This document shows, piece after piece, positions 7,629 through 16,556 of a stretch of 24,068 nt of DNA (the stretch's first letter is position 1; every line of letters begins with the position of its first letter). This DNA is from a plasmid: sequence record NZ_CP116716.1; one strand, written 5' to 3'. The notes beneath the pieces were generated by a model. That model was not told the origin of the DNA, did not search any database, and was given only the letters and a program-made list of their open reading frames with translations. Made by a program: the position numbers and the translations under genes.

Positions 7629-10287
7629 GAAGGTGCCGAACTCAAAAACCAAGCACAAGACGGGGAGCATCCGCGACTTGGCCGACTACATCCGCGAGCC
7701 TCACAACCAGAACCCGGATGAAAAGGTGCTGTACGCCAACGGGCGCGGTTTCCTCTGTGACGGCCACGCCGCACAGCGTGAAGAAATGGTAGCCCTTGCC
7801 GCTGAATCCGTGCGCAGCAAGAACCCGGTCAATCACTACATCATGAGTTGGCGAGAAGGCGAGCAGCCCAGCCCGGAGCAGGTCGAAGAAGCGGTAAGCA
7901 TTTTCATGGATGAGCTAGGTGTTAAAGACCATCAAGCCATCTATGGTTTGCACGCCGACACGGACAACTTGCACCTGCACCTTGCCATCAACCGCGTGCA
8001 TCCTGAAACGCTCAAGGTGGTGAAGATCAATAACGGCTTCGACATTGAGGCAGCGCACAAGGCGATAGCACGAATCGAGAACGCACAAGGCTGGCAGCGT
8101 GAGCAGAACGGGCGTTATCAGGTGTTGGAGAATGGTGAGTTAGGCCGGGAGCACATCGACAAGGACAAGCCGCGCCAGCCAGCCCAGCCGAAGCGCGACA
8201 TGGAAAACCGCACCGGGGAGAAATCCGCCGAACGCATCGCCATTGAGGACGGCGCACCGATCATCAAAAAGGCGCAGACGTGGGAGCAGTTGCACCGCGA
8301 GTTAGCAGCCAAGGGGATGCGCTACGAGAAAACAGGCAGCGGGGCGACGCTCTTTGTCGGTGATGTTGGCGTGAAGGCCAGCAGCGCAGACCGGGACGCG
8401 AGCCTATCCAAGTTACAAAAGCGACTCGGAGCTTACCAGCCGCCGCCGCAGCGTCAGCAGGTAGCACAGCGCGAGCCAGAGCCGATCAAGCCAGACGTGC
8501 CGGGATGGAAGGATTACATCACCGGGCGCAAGGCGCACTACGCGGAAAAGAACGCGGCCAAGCTGGCACTGGACAAGCGGCAGGAGCAGGAGCGCAAGCA
8601 GATTGCCGAGCAGCAGAAAGCCCGCCGCGATGAACTCATGCGCGGCAACTGGAAGGGTAAGGGCGAAGTGCTCAACGCCATGCGCAGCGTGATTGCCGCC
8701 GAGCAGGCCGCAGAGAAAGCAGCCTTGAAAGAGAAGCACCAGAAGCAGCGCGAGCAGCACCGGCAGCAGTTCCGGCCCTATCCCGACCTGGAGCAGTGGC
8801 AGCGGATGCAGAAAAGCCCGGAGCTTGCCGAGCAGTGGCGGCACCGCGCCAGCGAGCCGCAGCGCATCGAGGGCGCGAGCGGCGAGCCGCCGACGCCGCG
8901 AGACATCCGCGCCTATCAGCCTGAAATCGTGGGCCAGCAGGTGCATTACAGCCGGAAGGAAGAAGCGGGGGCGGGCGGGGGTGTGTCTTTCGTGGACAAG
9001 GGAAAAAGCATCGATATTCACGACTGGCGCAACCGGGACAGCACGCTTGCCGCCTTGCAGCTATCGGCGCAGAAGTGGGGCAGCTTCACCGTAACCGGGA
9101 ACGACGAATACAAGGCTATGTGCGCGAAGTTAGCAGCAGAGCACGGTTTCAAGATCACGAATCCTGAGCTTCAGGAGCGCATCCAGCAGGAGCGGCAGCG
9201 GATACAGCAGGAGAGGGCGCAGGCGATGAAATCGGAGCAGCTAAAGCAGTTTGAGCTGTACGCGGAAGCGGTAGGCGCGGAGCGCTACCGGGTAACGTCC
9301 ATCAAGATGCAGGCAGACGGAAGGAAGCAAACCTTCATCCTCGACAAGAAGGACGGCATCACGCGGGGCTTCACGCCGCAGGAGATCGAGCAGCGCACGC
9401 CGGAGATGCTGCGCCTACAGCGCCGGGGCGAAAACCTCTACTACACGCCACTATCGGACAAGAAGCATCACATCCTCATCGACGACATGAACCGGGAGAA
9501 GCTGGAGCGGCTTATCCGTGACGGCTACCGGCCCGCCGTTGTGCTGGAATCAAGCCCCGGCAACTATCAGGCCATCATCACCGTGCCGAAGCTGGGGACG
9601 GCCCACGACAAGGACGTGGGCAACCGGCTGAGCGATGCCCTGAACCGTGAATACGGCGACCCGAAGCTATCGGGAGCCATCCACCCGCACCGCGCACCCG
9701 GCTACGAGAATCGCAAGCCCAAGCACCAGCGCGAGGACGGCAGCTATCCCGAAGTGCGCTTGCTCAAGGTCGAGCGCCGCGAGTGCGTCAAGGCGCTGGC
9801 CCTGTCCAGCCAGATCGACGCTGAGTATCAGCGTCAGGCCGCCTTGAAGGCGCAGCAGCCAGAACGCAGCAAAGCCAAGCCCGCCTTGGAGCTTGCAGCG
9901 GCCAGCGGCAGCGCGATCGACGCTTACCAGCGGCATTACCGCGACGAGATCAAGCGGCAGCGTGGCGGCGAGGTGGACTTGTCCCGCGTGGATTCCATGA
10001 TTGCCGTGCGGATGCGCGTTACCGGCCACGATCAAGCCGCCATCGAGGGCGCTATCCGCCAGTGCGCCCCGGCCACCCGGCAGAAGGACGAGGGGCGCGA
10101 CTGGAACGACTACGCGCAGCGCACCGCCCGCTATGCCTACAGCGCCGCAGGCGACCGGCAAGCCGCCGAGCTTGGGAAGTACCGCCAGCAGTGGGAGAAG
10201 CTGGAAGGGCGCGAGCCTGTACGCCAGCAGGAGCAGGCCAAGGCGCAGAAGATCGAGCGCGACAACTCACCCGGCATGAGTCGATAA
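7618..10287 (+). CDS. MOBP-family relaxase (TraI/MobA-like) fused to a C-terminal RepB'-type primase-like domain.
   Basis: The N-terminal HUH 3-His motif HADTDNLHLHLAINRVH matches RP4 TraI (HTDTDNLHIHIAINKIH). The C-terminal half contains ILIDDM...PAVVLESSPGNYQAIITV, which resembles the RepB'/MobA primase catalytic motif. GTG start at 7618 with a GAGAGG RBS. Confidence 0.8.
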   Translation: MIVKKVPNSKTKHKTGSIRDLADYIREPHNQNPDEKVLYANGRGFLCDGHAAQREEMVALAAESVRSKNPVNHYIMSWREGEQPSPEQVEEAVSIFMDELGVKDHQAIYGLHADTDNLHLHLAINRVHPETLKVVKINNGFDIEAAHKAIARIENAQGWQREQNGRYQVLENGELGREHIDKDKPRQPAQPKRDMENRTGEKSAERIAIEDGAPIIKKAQTWEQLHRELAAKGMRYEKTGSGATLFVGDVGVKASSADRDASLSKLQKRLGAYQPPPQRQQVAQREPEPIKPDVPGWKDYITGRKAHYAEKNAAKLALDKRQEQERKQIAEQQKARRDELMRGNWKGKGEVLNAMRSVIAAEQAAEKAALKEKHQKQREQHRQQFRPYPDLEQWQRMQKSPELAEQWRHRASEPQRIEGASGEPPTPRDIRAYQPEIVGQQVHYSRKEEAGAGGGVSFVDKGKSIDIHDWRNRDSTLAALQLSAQKWGSFTVTGNDEYKAMCAKLAAEHGFKITNPELQERIQQERQRIQQERAQAMKSEQLKQFELYAEAVGAERYRVTSIKMQADGRKQTFILDKKDGITRGFTPQEIEQRTPEMLRLQRRGENLYYTPLSDKKHHILIDDMNREKLERLIRDGYRPAVVLESSPGNYQAIITVPKLGTAHDKDVGNRLSDALNREYGDPKLSGAIHPHRAPGYENRKPKHQREDGSYPEVRLLKVERRECVKALALSSQIDAEYQRQAALKAQQPERSKAKPALELAAASGSAIDAYQRHYRDEIKRQRGGEVDLSRVDSMIAVRMRVTGHDQAAIEGAIRQCAPATRQKDEGRDWNDYAQRTARYAYSAAGDRQAAELGKYRQQWEKLEGREPVRQQEQAKAQKIERDNSPGMSR

Positions 10288-10328
10288 GACTTGATGTAAC
10301 TACAAAAAGACGCCACAATAAGAACACA

Positions 10329-10607
10329 ATGGAACTTGAATGGGACGCCGATAAAGCGGCACGAAACCTGAAAAAGCACGGCGTTTCCTTCGAGGATGCC
10401 GAGCTTGTTTTTTACGACTCCGGGCGGGTTGAAGCCTACGACGGACGCGAGGACTACGGGGAAGATCGTTGGGCAACGATTGGGCTTGCCTACTCGGCTG
10501 TCCTGTATGTGGTCTACACCGTCCGACACGAGGAAACCATCCGCCTTATCTCTGCGAGGAAAGCAAATGCCGACGAAAGAAAGCAATATCGTGAAGCGAA
10601 CTCTTGA
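10329..10607 (+). CDS. brnT: BrnT-family type II toxin (ribonuclease).
   Basis: 92 aa. The KHGVSFEDAELVF...IRLISARKA pattern is typical of BrnT (DUF497). It is followed by an overlapping brnA-type antitoxin gene. Confidence 0.75.
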   Translation: MELEWDADKAARNLKKHGVSFEDAELVFYDSGRVEAYDGREDYGEDRWATIGLAYSAVLYVVYTVRHEETIRLISARKANADERKQYREANS

Positions 10608-10887
10608 CCTCAAGAAGCCGCCACAGTTGAGCGCCGAGCAGAAGGCGCGACTGGATGCCGTGGCCTCGATGCCGGATGAGCAGATCGACTATAGCGATGC
10701 ACCCTATCTGCCTGATGCTGTCTGGATGAAGGCAGCGGAGCAATTGCCCCACACCAAGAAGCAAATCACGCTGCGCATTGATGCCGAAGTGTTGGAGTTC
10801 TTCAAGCACACCGGCAAGCGTTATCAGTCGCGCATGAATGCTGTTTTGCGCTCCTACGTTGAGGCGCACAAGGCGCACGCGAAATGA
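10567..10887 (+). CDS. brnA: BrnA-family antitoxin (CopG/RHH-like C-terminus).
   Basis: 106 aa counted from ATG at 10567. The C-terminus ITLRIDAEVLEFFKHTGKRYQSRMNAVLRSYVEAH is BrnA-like. It overlaps the brnT 3' end by 41 bp in a different frame. Confidence 0.7.
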   Translation: MPTKESNIVKRTLDLKKPPQLSAEQKARLDAVASMPDEQIDYSDAPYLPDAVWMKAAEQLPHTKKQITLRIDAEVLEFFKHTGKRYQSRMNAVLRSYVEAHKAHAK

Positions 10888-11306
10888 GCGGCGACGACAA
10901 GCAGCTTGAGCTTGAAGCCCTCGCCGCCGTGGGCGAAATGCTCTTGTTCGACCAAGCCAGAGGCAACCCGGAAGAAGCCGCCCGCATCCTGCGATGTGCG
11001 CGGCTTTTTGCTCGTTCAGAGGATGCCGCGCAGCGTCTCAGCGAGCTATGCAACGAGGCGGGCAGTGATGCGACTTGGCGCGAAAACATCGTGGAGGAAC
11101 TGCAAGACCGAGAGGACTTGCAAGCCGCCGAGGCAGCGATGGAAGCCCGCCGACAGGCCCAACTTGTTGCGCAAGCGGATAGTGCCGACACGGCCTTGCA
11201 GACCCTAATGGACGAGGTAGCGGCGGACACCTTCGGCAGTCTCGATGAAGGATATGCGGCACAGGCGCAGGCCGAGGCCGTGAAGGCGTGGCAGGGCAGG
11301 CAGTGA
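10884..11306 (+). CDS. Hypothetical acidic protein, translationally coupled to brnA (ATGA overlap).
   Basis: 140-aa ORF. The ATG overlaps the brnA stop codon. No recognisable domain. Confidence 0.45.
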   Translation: MSGDDKQLELEALAAVGEMLLFDQARGNPEEAARILRCARLFARSEDAAQRLSELCNEAGSDATWRENIVEELQDREDLQAAEAAMEARRQAQLVAQADSADTALQTLMDEVAADTFGSLDEGYAAQAQAEAVKAWQGRQ

Positions 11307-11390
11307 GCGGCATTTGTTTGTGTTTCATCGTAGCCCTGCCGACTGTTCAGAAAACGGTGGTTTCTCAGGCATCCGAGAAGCGGGCATAAA

Positions 11391-11490
11391 TGTCATTTTC
11401 AGAAGACGACTGCACCAGACAACGCGGTTTGAAGGCTGTTGTGCAGTCGTCTATTGAACGAACAGTATCAGGAGTCCGCTGCACGAATGA
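11391..11490 (+). repeat. Tn402 / class 1 integron IRt-type terminal inverted repeat with internal TniA-binding-like repeats. The outer end is at 11391 and the interior is to the right.
   Basis: The stretch TGTCATTTTCAGAAGACGACTGCAC at 11391-11415 equals the 25-bp IRt of Tn402-family elements. Additional GTGCAGTCGTCT and CTGCAC repeats lie downstream. Confidence 0.8.
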
Positions 11491-11689
11491 TGACCTCAAG
11501 CCGGTTCTGGTCGCGCTGGCGACCGATCAGCCCCTGGATGTGCGATACCGCGACCACGATCTTTCCGGCGATTGGGCGGGCTACCGCGAATGCCACATCA
11601 AGCCCGACCTGCTGCTGATCTACCGCAAGTCCGACGCCGACACCCTGCGACTGGCGCGGCTTGGCTCCCATAGCGAGCTGTTCGGCTGA
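11441..11689 (+). pseudogene. yafQ/relE-family toxin gene remnant, probably 5'-truncated. No antitoxin gene is adjacent.
   Basis: The C-terminal ~60 aa match YafQ (DHDLSGDWAGYRECHIKPDLLLIYR...LGSHSELFG). The N-terminal third is replaced by IRt-derived sequence. The only in-frame starts are GTG at 11441 or ATG inside IRt. Confidence 0.45.
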
Positions 11690-11699
11690 TGCCAGTCGC

Positions 11700-11817
11700 C
11701 TTGTCCGCCAAACGATCATTAGTCGGCCATGCCGGACACTGTCCAGCAAAGTTATTGCACAACGGGTTGTCGGACATTAAGATAGGCGGACGGAATGACG
11801 GACAAGAGAGGCGGCAA
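11700..11817 (+). promoter_or_regulatory. Candidate res site upstream of the resolvase gene.
   Basis: GGACA/TGTCC half-site palindromes are present, for example GGACACTGTCC, GTCGGACA and GACGGACA. Confidence 0.3.
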
Positions 11818-12381
11818 ATGGCACTGATCGGCTATGCGCGGGTATCGACGGCGGAACAGGACACCGCCTTGCAGACGGATGCGCTACGCAAGGCAGGCTG
11901 CGAGCGCGTTTTCGAGGACACGGCTTCCGGGGCCAAGGCCGACCGCCCCGGCTTGGCTGATGCGCTGGCCTACCTGCGCGACGGCGACGTGCTGGCCGTC
12001 TGGCGGCTGGATCGGCTCGGGCGCTCTATGCCGCACCTAATCGAAACGATAGGCGCGCTGGAAGCGCGAGGCGTCGGCTTCCGTTCTCTGACGGAAGCCA
12101 TCGACACCACCACGCCAGGCGGGCGGCTCATCTTCCACGTGTTCGGCGCGCTGGGCCAGTTCGAGCGCGACTTGATCCGCGAGCGCACCAAGGCCGGGTT
12201 GACTGCCGCCGCCGCTCGTGGGAGGAAGGGCGGGCGAAAGCCGGTTGTCACCGCCGACAAGTTGCAGCGAGCGCGGGAGCACATCGCCAACGGGCTTAAT
12301 GTCCGAGAGGCCGCTACACGGCTCAAGGTGAGCAAGACGGCCCTGTACACCGCGCTGCAATCCACCAGTACGCGCAGGTAG
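11818..12381 (+). CDS. Serine recombinase of the resolvase/invertase family.
   Basis: MALIGYARVSTAEQDTALQ... has the catalytic Ser motif. There is a C-terminal HTH. GAGAGG RBS. Confidence 0.85.
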   Translation: MALIGYARVSTAEQDTALQTDALRKAGCERVFEDTASGAKADRPGLADALAYLRDGDVLAVWRLDRLGRSMPHLIETIGALEARGVGFRSLTEAIDTTTPGGRLIFHVFGALGQFERDLIRERTKAGLTAAAARGRKGGRKPVVTADKLQRAREHIANGLNVREAATRLKVSKTALYTALQSTSTRR

Positions 12382-12682
12382 ATGCGTGCGACTTTCATGC
12401 GGGCCTCCTGGTCATTTTGGGTATAGGGAAAATGACCATTGTTTCACGCCTAGCCAAAAAGGGAAGGTTCCCGGTTCAAATGTCGTTTTCAGAAGACGGC
12501 TGCACTGAACGTCAGAAGCCGACTGCACTATAGCAGCGGAGGGGTTGGATCCATCAGGCAACGACGGGCTGCTGCCGGCCATCAGCGGACGCAGGGAGGA
12601 CTTTCCGCAACCGGCCGTTCGATGCGGCACCGATGGCCTTCGCGCAGGGGTAGTGAATCCGCCAGGATTGACTTGCGCTGCC

Positions 12683-13696
12683 CTACCTCTCACTAGTGAG
12701 GGGCGGCAGCGCATCAAGCGGTGAGCGCACTCCGGCACCGCCAACTTTCAGCACATGCGTGTAAATCATCGTCGTAGAGACGTCGGAATGGCCGAGCAGA
12801 TCCTGCACGGTTCGAATGTCGTAACCGCTGCGGAGCAAGGCCGTCGCGAACGAGTGGCGGAGGGTGTGCGGTGTGGCGGGCTTCGTGATGCCTGCTTGTT
12901 CTACGGCACGTTTGAAGGCGCGCTGAAAGGTCTGGTCATACATGTGATGGCGACGCACGACACCGCTCCGTGGATCGGTCGAATGCGTGTGCTGCGCAAA
13001 AACCCAGAACCACGGCCAGGAATGCCCGGCGCGCGGATACTTCCGCTCAAGGGCGTCGGGAAGCGCAACGCCGCTGCGGCCCTCGGCCTGGTCCTTCAGC
13101 CACCATGCCCGTGCACGCGACAGCTGCTCGCGCAGGCTGGGTGCCAAGCTCTCGGGTAACATCAAGGCCCGATCCTTGGAGCCCTTGCCCTCCCGCACGA
13201 TGATCGTGCCGTGATCGAAATCCAGATCCTTGACCCGCAGTTGCAAACCCTCACTGATCCGCATGCCCGTTCCATACAGAAGCTGGGCGAACAAACGATG
13301 CTCGCCTTCCAGAAAACCGAGGATGCGAACCACTTCATCCGGGGTCAGCACCACCGGCAAGCGCCGCGACGGCCGAGGTCTTCCGATCTCCTGAAGCCAG
13401 GGCAGATCCGTGCACAGCACCTTGCCGTAGAAGAACAGCAAGGCCGCCAATGCCTGACGATGCGTGGAGACCGAAACCTTGCGCTCGTTCGCCAGCCAGG
13501 ACAGAAATGCCTCGACTTCGCTGCTGCCCAAGGTTGCCGGGTGACGCACACCGTGGAAACGGATGAAGGCACGAACCCAGTGGACATAAGCCTGTTCGGT
13601 TCGTAAGCTGTAATGCAAGTAGCGTATGCGCTCACGCAACTGGTCCAGAACCTTGACCGAACGCAGCGGTGGTAACGGCGCAGTGGCGGTTTTCAT
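12683..13696 (-). CDS. intI1: Class 1 integron integrase IntI1 (337 aa).
   Basis: Canonical IntI1 sequence ([44 protein letters not shown]...). Confidence 0.95.
13581..13609 (+). promoter_or_regulatory. Cassette promoter Pc, strong variant: -35 TGGACA, 17-bp spacer, -10 TAAGCT.
   Basis: The hexamers are seen directly inside the intI1 5' region. Confidence 0.7.
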
Positions 13697-13770
13697 GGCT
13701 TGTTATGACTGTTTTTTTGGGGTACAGTCTATGCCTCGGGCATCCAAGCAGCAAGCGCGTTACGCCGTGG

Positions 13771-13841
13771 GTCGATGTTTGATGTTATGGAGCAGCAACG
13801 ATGTTACGCAGCAGGGCAGTCGCCCTAAAACAAAGTTAGGC
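13771..13841 (+). promoter_or_regulatory. attI1 recombination site, copy 1.
   Basis: ...GCAGCAGGGCAGTCGCCCTAAAACAAAGTTAGGC, with the core GTTAGGC at 13835-13841. Confidence 0.8.
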
Positions 13842-14016
13842 CTCGCCGAAGCGAAGGTTTGCCACTTGAAGTGTTGACGCCTTTGTTTTAAAGTTTGGCG
13901 TCTATCTTTCTGATTTTGTTGATAAATCAGATTTTTATAAATCATGTTAGGCGTCAGACGCTTTTTGACTTAAACGCATCTGAGGCCGAATTAACGTTAG
14001 CCACCAAGAAGGTGCC

Positions 14017-14817
14017 ATGAAAACATTTGCCGCATATGTAATTATCGCGTGTCTTTCGAGTACGGCATTAGCTGGTTCAATTACAGAAAATACGTCTTGG
14101 AACAAAGAGTTCTCTGCCGAAGCCGTCAATGGTGTCTTCGTGCTTTGTAAAAGTAGCAGTAAATCCTGCGCTACCAATGACTTAGCTCGTGCATCAAAGG
14201 AATATCTTCCAGCATCAACATTTAAGATCCCCAGCGCAATTATCGGCCTAGAAACTGGTGTCATAAAGAATGAGCATCAGGTTTTCAAATGGGACGGAAA
14301 GCCAAGAGCCATGAAGCAATGGGAAAGAGACTTGACCTTAAGAGGGGCAATACAAGTTTCAGCTGTTCCCGTATTTCAACAAATCGCCAGAGAAGTTGGC
14401 GAAGTAAGAATGCAGAAATACCTTAAAAAATTTTCCTATGGCAACCAGAATATCAGTGGTGGCATTGACAAATTCTGGTTGGAAGGCCAGCTTAGAATTT
14501 CCGCAGTTAATCAAGTGGAGTTTCTAGAGTCTCTATATTTAAATAAATTGTCAGCATCTAAAGAAAACCAGCTAATAGTAAAAGAGGCTTTGGTAACGGA
14601 GGCGGCACCTGAATATCTAGTGCATTCAAAAACTGGTTTTTCTGGTGTGGGAACTGAGTCAAATCCTGGTGTCGCATGGTGGGTTGGGTGGGTTGAGAAG
14701 GAGACAGAGGTTTACTTTTTCGCCTTTAACATGGATATAGACAACGAAAGTAAGTTGCCGCTAAGAAAATCCATTCCCACCAAAATCATGGAAAGTGAGG
14801 GCATCATTGGTGGCTAA
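14017..14817 (+). CDS. blaOXA: OXA-10-family class D beta-lactamase (266 aa). It carries Ser at position 73, where OXA-10 is recalled to have Asn. This resembles the OXA-17-type substitution.
   Basis: The sequence is recognised by recall as OXA-10 (PSE-2); no alignment was run. The S-T-F-K active-site motif (STFK) is present. The sequence is AT-rich, typical of a cassette. Confidence 0.9.
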   Translation: MKTFAAYVIIACLSSTALAGSITENTSWNKEFSAEAVNGVFVLCKSSSKSCATNDLARASKEYLPASTFKIPSAIIGLETGVIKNEHQVFKWDGKPRAMKQWERDLTLRGAIQVSAVPVFQQIAREVGEVRMQKYLKKFSYGNQNISGGIDKFWLEGQLRISAVNQVEFLESLYLNKLSASKENQLIVKEALVTEAAPEYLVHSKTGFSGVGTESNPGVAWWVGWVEKETEVYFFAFNMDIDNESKLPLRKSIPTKIMESEGIIGG

Positions 14818-14848
14818 AACAAAGTTAGGCATCACAAAGTACAGCATC

Positions 14849-15403
14849 GTGACCAACAGCAACGATTCCGTCACACTGCGCCTCATGACTGAGCATGACC
14901 TTGCGATGCTCTATGAGTGGCTAAATCGATCTCATATCGTCGAGTGGTGGGGCGGAGAAGAAGCACGCCCGACACTTGCTGACGTACAGGAACAGTACTT
15001 GCCAAGCGTTTTAGCGCAAGAGTCCGTCACTCCATACATTGCAATGCTGAATGGAGAGCCGATTGGGTATGCCCAGTCGTACGTTGCTCTTGGAAGCGGG
15101 GACGGATGGTGGGAAGAAGAAACCGATCCAGGAGTACGCGGAATAGACCAGTCACTGGCGAATGCATCACAACTGGGCAAAGGCTTGGGAACCAAGCTGG
15201 TTCGAGCTCTGGTTGAGTTGCTGTTCAATGATCCCGAGGTCACCAAGATCCAAACGGACCCGTCGCCGAGCAACTTGCGAGCGATCCGATGCTACGAGAA
15301 AGCGGGGTTTGAGAGGCAAGGTACCGTAACCACCCCAGATGGTCCAGCCGTGTACATGGTTCAAACACGCCAGGCATTCGAGCGAACACGCAGTGATGCC
15401 TAA
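14849..15403 (+). CDS. aacA4: Aminoglycoside 6'-N-acetyltransferase AAC(6')-Ib.
   Basis: Canonical ...[32 protein letters not shown]...[10 protein letters not shown]. The start is the GTG at 14849 usually annotated. An in-frame GTG at 14795 inside the blaOXA 3' end is also possible. The 5' boundary is TTAGGCATCACAAAGTACAGCATCGTG. Confidence 0.9.
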   Translation: MTNSNDSVTLRLMTEHDLAMLYEWLNRSHIVEWWGGEEARPTLADVQEQYLPSVLAQESVTPYIAMLNGEPIGYAQSYVALGSGDGWWEEETDPGVRGIDQSLANASQLGKGLGTKLVRALVELLFNDPEVTKIQTDPSPSNLRAIRCYEKAGFERQGTVTTPDGPAVYMVQTRQAFERTRSDA

Positions 15404-15468
15404 CTTTGTTTTAGGGCGACTGCCCTGCTGCGTAACATCGTTGCTGCTCCATAACATCAAACATCGAC
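15398..15468 (-). promoter_or_regulatory. attI1 recombination site, copy 2 (inverted). Its core GCCTAAC overlaps the aacA4 stop codon.
   Basis: The reverse complement of 15398-15430 is GGGCAGTCGCCCTAAAACAAAGTTAGGC. Confidence 0.8.
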
Positions 15469-15542
15469 CCACGGCGTAACGCGCTTGCTGCTTGGATGCC
15501 CGAGGCATAGACTGTACCCCAAAAAAACAGTCATAACAAGCC

Positions 15543-16556
15543 ATGAAAACCGCCACTGCGCCGTTACCACCGCTGCGTTCGGTCAAGGTTCTGGACCAGT
15601 TGCGTGAGCGCATACGCTACTTGCATTACAGCTTACGAACCGAACAGGCTTATGTCCACTGGGTTCGTGCCTTCATCCGTTTCCACGGTGTGCGTCACCC
15701 GGCAACCTTGGGCAGCAGCGAAGTCGAGGCATTTCTGTCCTGGCTGGCGAACGAGCGCAAGGTTTCGGTCTCCACGCATCGTCAGGCATTGGCGGCCTTG
15801 CTGTTCTTCTACGGCAAGGTGCTGTGCACGGATCTGCCCTGGCTTCAGGAGATCGGAAGACCTCGGCCGTCGCGGCGCTTGCCGGTGGTGCTGACCCCGG
15901 ATGAAGTGGTTCGCATCCTCGGTTTTCTGGAAGGCGAGCATCGTTTGTTCGCCCAGCTTCTGTATGGAACGGGCATGCGGATCAGTGAGGGTTTGCAACT
16001 GCGGGTCAAGGATCTGGATTTCGATCACGGCACGATCATCGTGCGGGAGGGCAAGGGCTCCAAGGATCGGGCCTTGATGTTACCCGAGAGCTTGGCACCC
16101 AGCCTGCGCGAGCAGCTGTCGCGTGCACGGGCATGGTGGCTGAAGGACCAGGCCGAGGGCCGCAGCGGCGTTGCGCTTCCCGACGCCCTTGAGCGGAAGT
16201 ATCCGCGCGCCGGGCATTCCTGGCCGTGGTTCTGGGTTTTTGCGCAGCACACGCATTCGACCGATCCACGGAGCGGTGTCGTGCGTCGCCATCACATGTA
16301 TGACCAGACCTTTCAGCGCGCCTTCAAACGTGCCGTAGAACAAGCAGGCATCACGAAGCCCGCCACACCGCACACCCTCCGCCACTCGTTCGCGACGGCC
16401 TTGCTCCGCAGCGGTTACGACATTCGAACCGTGCAGGATCTGCTCGGCCATTCCGACGTCTCTACGACGATGATTTACACGCATGTGCTGAAAGTTGGCG
16501 GTGCCGGAGTGCGCTCACCGCTTGATGCGCTGCCGCCCCTCACTAGTGAGAGGTAG
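15543..16556 (+). CDS. intI1: Class 1 integron integrase IntI1, second copy.
   Basis: The 337-aa translation is identical to the first copy. Confidence 0.95.
15630..15658 (-). promoter_or_regulatory. Second PcS promoter (mirror copy). It is oriented antisense to aacA4 and blaOXA.
   Basis: Mirror position of Pc within the inverted 5'-CS copy. Confidence 0.6.

Larger units (their letters stand above)
12481..13835 (-). mobile_element. Class 1 integron 5'-conserved segment, copy 1. It runs from IRi at 12481-12505 to the attI1 crossover point.
   Basis: IRi is TGTCGTTTTCAGAAGACGGCTGCAC. The intI1 gene, PcS promoter and attI1 ending ...CCCTAAAACAAAG|TTAGGC are all present. Confidence 0.9.

Noticed and set aside
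8413-9021. 202-aa minus-strand ORF inside the relaxase gene.
   Set aside because: It is antisense to a well-supported CDS. It has biased Leu/Arg composition typical of GC-rich antisense frames.
10062-10607. 181-aa ORF extending brnT upstream into the relaxase 3' end.
   Set aside because: The upstream part is an out-of-frame overlap with the relaxase gene. The conserved BrnT domain starts at ATG 10329.
13626-13877. 83-aa ORF ([10 protein letters not shown]...) in the attI1 / intI1 5' region. It is also present mirrored at 15167-15613.
   Set aside because: This is a known spurious ORF antisense or overlapping the intI1 promoter and attI1 region. It is reproduced in both copies only because the DNA is duplicated.
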